From: a virus
Taxonomy: Duplodnaviria > Heunggongvirae > Uroviricota > Caudoviricetes
IMG/VR virus record: IMGVR_UViG_640753025_000004
Location: 1-20,151 of that record
Direction: 5' to 3' (one strand)
DNA: 20,151 nucleotides
Below the pieces are notes generated by a model. The model had not been told where the DNA came from. It ran no database searches and was given only the letters and a program-made list of their open reading frames with translations. Position numbers and translations under genes: made by a program. Shown piece by piece: positions 17,691 through 20,151 of this stretch (its first letter is position 1; each line of letters starts with the position of its first letter).

Positions 17691-17840
17691 GGGACATCAC
17701 CTGGGACATTTTTGGGGTGGGACATTTACCTGGGACATTTTTTCAATGTCCCACACGAATGTCCCACTGGAATAAATGGAATAATCCGTGCTGGCTCTGG
17801 CGTGGCTGGCGATCCCTTGGGGTGGGACATGGGACACAAA
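17690..17840. promoter_or_regulatory. cos-region repeat array (candidate small-terminase binding sites, cosB-like)
   Basis: Four direct TGGGACAT copies at about 17690, 17703, 17718 and 17731 (13-15 bp spacing), two inverted ATGTCCCA copies at about 17746 and 17759, and a further TGGGACATGGGACA at about 17823-17837. Confidence 0.5.
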
Positions 17841-17937
17841 ATAAAAGTTTGTAGCTAGGAAAACACTGCGGCGCGCAATGCCCGTGCCTTACAAAAGTCT
17901 CAGGAAGGACCCAAACCCTATGGGGTAGGTATTCAGG

Positions 17938-18462
17938 TCATTTTGCCGTTCGAATCGCTTCCTCAATCGCCCTACTCAGCGCGCCGGGCATTAAGCCGGC
18001 TGCCATTGACCGTGAGCGGTTCATGTAGTCAAGCGTAGGCGTAACAGGTAGAGCATCACCAAACCTCACCAGCAGCTTAGGAGCACGCTGTTTCCGCTTT
18101 GGTCTGCGCGTACCATTCGCTGAGCGCCGGGCTCGTTTCTTTTTCGCCTTCTTCGGTTTACGCCTCTGCCAGACAGCATCAACACCATTGACCTCACCTA
18201 CGAACACATTCGGCTTCGCTTTCAACTGCGACAGCTTATTTCGCGGCATGTTGCCGTATTTGTTCAGTTTGATGTTCTTTGGATTGAGCAGCGCCTGGCT
18301 GTTCAGTTTATGTTCACCACCAAATTCAAAGGGTTCGAGATATTCAGCGGCGACATCGCGCACAAAGACTTTTGCGCGGAGGTTGTTCTTTCTGGCGCCA
18401 GCAGAGCCCACTGAGTTGACGGTGAACGGCGTCGGCGATTCCAGTTTTCGCCCCAGTGCCAC
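17938..18462 (-). CDS. hypothetical highly basic protein, possibly a 5'-truncated late gene
   Basis: ORF in head-gene orientation upstream of cos, with a Lys/Arg-rich tract (RRKPKKAKKKRARR...RRPKRKQR). Starts with GTG exactly where the integrase fragment begins on the other strand. Confidence 0.3.
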   Translation of the reverse strand: MALGRKLESPTPFTVNSVGSAGARKNNLRAKVFVRDVAAEYLEPFEFGGEHKLNSQALLNPKNIKLNKYGNMPRNKLSQLKAKPNVFVGEVNGVDAVWQRRKPKKAKKKRARRSANGTRRPKRKQRAPKLLVRFGDALPVTPTLDYMNRSRSMAAGLMPGALSRAIEEAIRTAK

Positions 18463-19058
18463 CTTTTGCGCTGCGGCGATATCAGCGTGGTTATGTACCA
18501 GGTAATCCGTGTGTTGGTGTCGATAAGTTTCCTAAACCCCAGCGCGACCGCTACATAACTGATGAAGAGTACATAGCTATCTTCACTCATGCGACACCTG
18601 CAGTTAAAGCCGCGATGGAAATTGCGTATCTTTGCGCTGCAAGGGTATCTGATGTTCTTAAAATGAACTGGAATCAGATTCTTGATAAAGGAATTTTCAT
18701 ACAGCAAGGTAAAACTGGTATTAAACAGATCAAAGCCTGGACTGAGCGTCTTAGTGCGGCTGTGGATATTTGCAGGGAATGGGGACAGGATGGCCCTGTT
18801 ATCAGGACAATGTATGGTGAGCGTTATTCATACAAGGGATTTAATGAAGCATGGAGAAAAGCGAGAAACGCGGCTTCTGAAGAACTTGGTAGGCCACTTG
18901 ATTGCACCTTCCATGATCTAAAGGCTAAAGGGATCTCAGACTATGAAGGATCTGGCAGGGATAAGCAAAAATTCAGTGGTCATAAGACAGAATCACAGGT
19001 ACTTGTTTACGACAGGAAAGTTAAAATCAGCCCAACGTTGAACAAGAAAATGAGATGA
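18456..19058 (+). pseudogene. 5'-truncated tyrosine integrase (lambda Int family), catalytic domain only
   Basis: Catalytic-domain pattern present (ARVSDVLKMNW, HDLKAKG, GHKTESQVLVYDR with the terminal Tyr). The roughly 170 N-terminal residues are missing; the ORF begins with GTG and the first in-frame ATG is about 54 codons in. Confidence 0.8.
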
Positions 19059-19065
19059 TTCTTTG

Positions 19066-19098
19066 GCGTCGGAGCATGCTTCGGCGCTAGAATTTTTC
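19066..19098 (+). terminator. Rho-independent terminator-like hairpin after the integrase fragment
   Basis: GCGTCGGAGC/GCTTCGGCGC stem (with G-U pairs) followed by AATTTTTCTC. Confidence 0.45.
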
Positions 19099-19170
19099 TC
19101 AGTGGATTTTCTCAATTTTTCTCATCGGGATGCAGGTCACTGAAAGGGAATGCTGTAAGTGTTTGAATAG

Positions 19171-19260
19171 TGGCGGAGAGAGGGGGATTTGAACCCCCGG
19201 TAGAGTTGCCCCTACTCCGGTTTTCGAGACCGGTCCGTTCAGCCGCTCCGGCATCTCTCC
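19171..19260 (-). tRNA. serU: tRNA-Ser, anticodon CGA
   Basis: Reverse complement reads GGAGAGATGCCGGAGCGGCTGAACGGACCGGTCTCGAAAACCGGAGTAGGGGCAACTCTACCGGGGGTTCAAATCCCCCTCTCTCCGCCA, a class II tRNA with long variable arm, CGA anticodon and encoded CCA. Its 3' end faces the integrase fragment. Confidence 0.9.
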
Positions 19261-19353
19261 GTTCAGATGGTTGCCATGATGCCAGGAAATTTGGCATTTT
19301 AACAGTCCCTGTCCGTGCAATTTTGTTCAAGTGACGAGTTTGCGAGCAAAACG

Positions 19354-20151
19354 ATGATTAAGTGGCCCTGGAAAGTACAAGAATCAGCACATCAAACTGC
19401 CCTTCCCTGGCAGGAAGCACTATCGATCCCCCTTTTAACGGGTCTGACGGAACAGGAACAAAGCAAATTAGTCACTCTTGCCGAACGTTTTTTACAGCAA
19501 AAGCGGCTTGTTCCTTTACAGGGCTTTGAACTGGATTCATTAAGAAGCTGCCGGATAGCACTTCTATTTTGCCTACCCGTTCTGGAGTTAGGACTGGAAT
19601 GGCTGGATGGTTTTCATGAAGTCTTAATTTATCCTGCGCCATTTGTGGTCGATGATGAATGGGAAGACGATATCGGTCTGGTGCATAACCAACGTATTGT
19701 TCAGTCAGGTCAGAGCTGGCAGCAAGGGCCTATCGTTTTGAACTGGTTGGATATACAAGATTCTTTTGATGCTTCTGGTTTTAACCTGATTATTCATGAA
19801 GTCGCTCATAAGCTGGACACCCGTAACGGCGATCGCGCCAGCGGAGTTCCCTTTATTCCGTTGCGTGAGGTTGCTGGCTGGGAACACGATCTTCATGCTG
19901 CAATGAACAACATTCAGGAAGAAATCGAATTGGTTGGCGAGAATGCGGCGAGCATTGATGCTTATGCTGCCAGTGATCCTGCTGAATGTTTTGCCGTACT
20001 TTCTGAATATTTCTTTAGCGCCCCAGAACTTTTTGCTCCTCGTTTCCCTTCATTGTGGCAACGTTTCTGCCAATTTTATCAACAAGATCCTTTGCAGAGA
20101 CTGCATCGCACTAATGATACAGACTCGTTTTCGGCGACGAATGTTCATTAA
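19354..20151 (+). CDS. mtfA: Mlc titration factor A (MtfA, zinc-dependent peptidase)
   Basis: Protein [28 protein letters not shown]... with HEVAHKLD zinc-binding motif. The track ORF begins at an upstream GTG (19315) but the ATG at 19354 is the likely start. Host core gene. Confidence 0.9.
   Translation: MIKWPWKVQESAHQTALPWQEALSIPLLTGLTEQEQSKLVTLAERFLQQKRLVPLQGFELDSLRSCRIALLFCLPVLELGLEWLDGFHEVLIYPAPFVVDDEWEDDIGLVHNQRIVQSGQSWQQGPIVLNWLDIQDSFDASGFNLIIHEVAHKLDTRNGDRASGVPFIPLREVAGWEHDLHAAMNNIQEEIELVGENAASIDAYAASDPAECFAVLSEYFFSAPELFAPRFPSLWQRFCQFYQQDPLQRLHRTNDTDSFSATNVH

Larger units (their letters stand above)
1..19170. mobile_element. defective mosaic prophage remnant integrated at tRNA-Ser; continues beyond the left edge of the window
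   Basis: Contiguous phage modules (integrase fragment, cos, terminase through decoration protein, baseplate, fibre, moron, tailspike, recombinase debris) bounded on the right by tRNA-Ser and host mtfA. Essential genes are missing and several ORFs are truncated. Confidence 0.85.

Noticed and set aside
17690-17840. Short repeated TGGGACAT motifs that could be mistaken for a CRISPR array
   Set aside because: Repeats are only 8 bp, irregularly oriented, and have no spacers of uniform length. The position at cos just upstream of the small terminase fits terminase-binding sites.
17655-17858. Plus-strand 67-aa ORF across the cos repeat region
   Set aside because: Generated by the repeat array; overlaps the Nu1 start and has no translational signals.
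18188-18505. Plus-strand 105-aa ORF that might have been the integrase N-terminus
   Set aside because: Translation has no resemblance to integrase N-terminal domains and is in a different frame from the catalytic fragment; the missing N-terminus is more likely deleted.

Overview
This window is the right-hand part of a decayed, mosaic prophage integrated at the 3' end of a tRNA-Ser(CGA) gene (serU-like) next to host mtfA (19354-20151). Nearly all phage genes are on the minus strand. Reading from the tRNA leftwards: a 5'-truncated lambda-family integrase fragment; a cos-like region with a TGGGACAT repeat array; a lambda-like packaging and head module (Nu1-like small terminase, large terminase, W, portal, S49 protease, acidic scaffold, D-like decoration protein); then, with no major capsid, sheath, tube or tape-measure genes, a Mu/P2-like baseplate module (hub, V spike, GP46, J, gp48/YmfQ-like) and a glycine-rich tail fibre. 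An AT-rich plus-strand moron (HTH protein translationally coupled to an acyltransferase-3 family membrane O-acyltransferase) sits between the fibre and a 687-aa tailspike-like protein carrying a GQSN-motif carbohydrate O-acetylesterase domain. The left end holds recombinase debris (two serine-invertase C-terminal remnants flanking a tyrosine-recombinase fragment), a short AT-rich region with coupled small ORFs, and an operon preceded by a near-consensus LexA (SOS) box that encodes a 52-aa protein and a UmuD-like protein and runs out of the window. Coordinates follow the supplied ORF track; features I located by hand may be off by 1-2 nt. All homology statements are from reading the translations, not from database searches.
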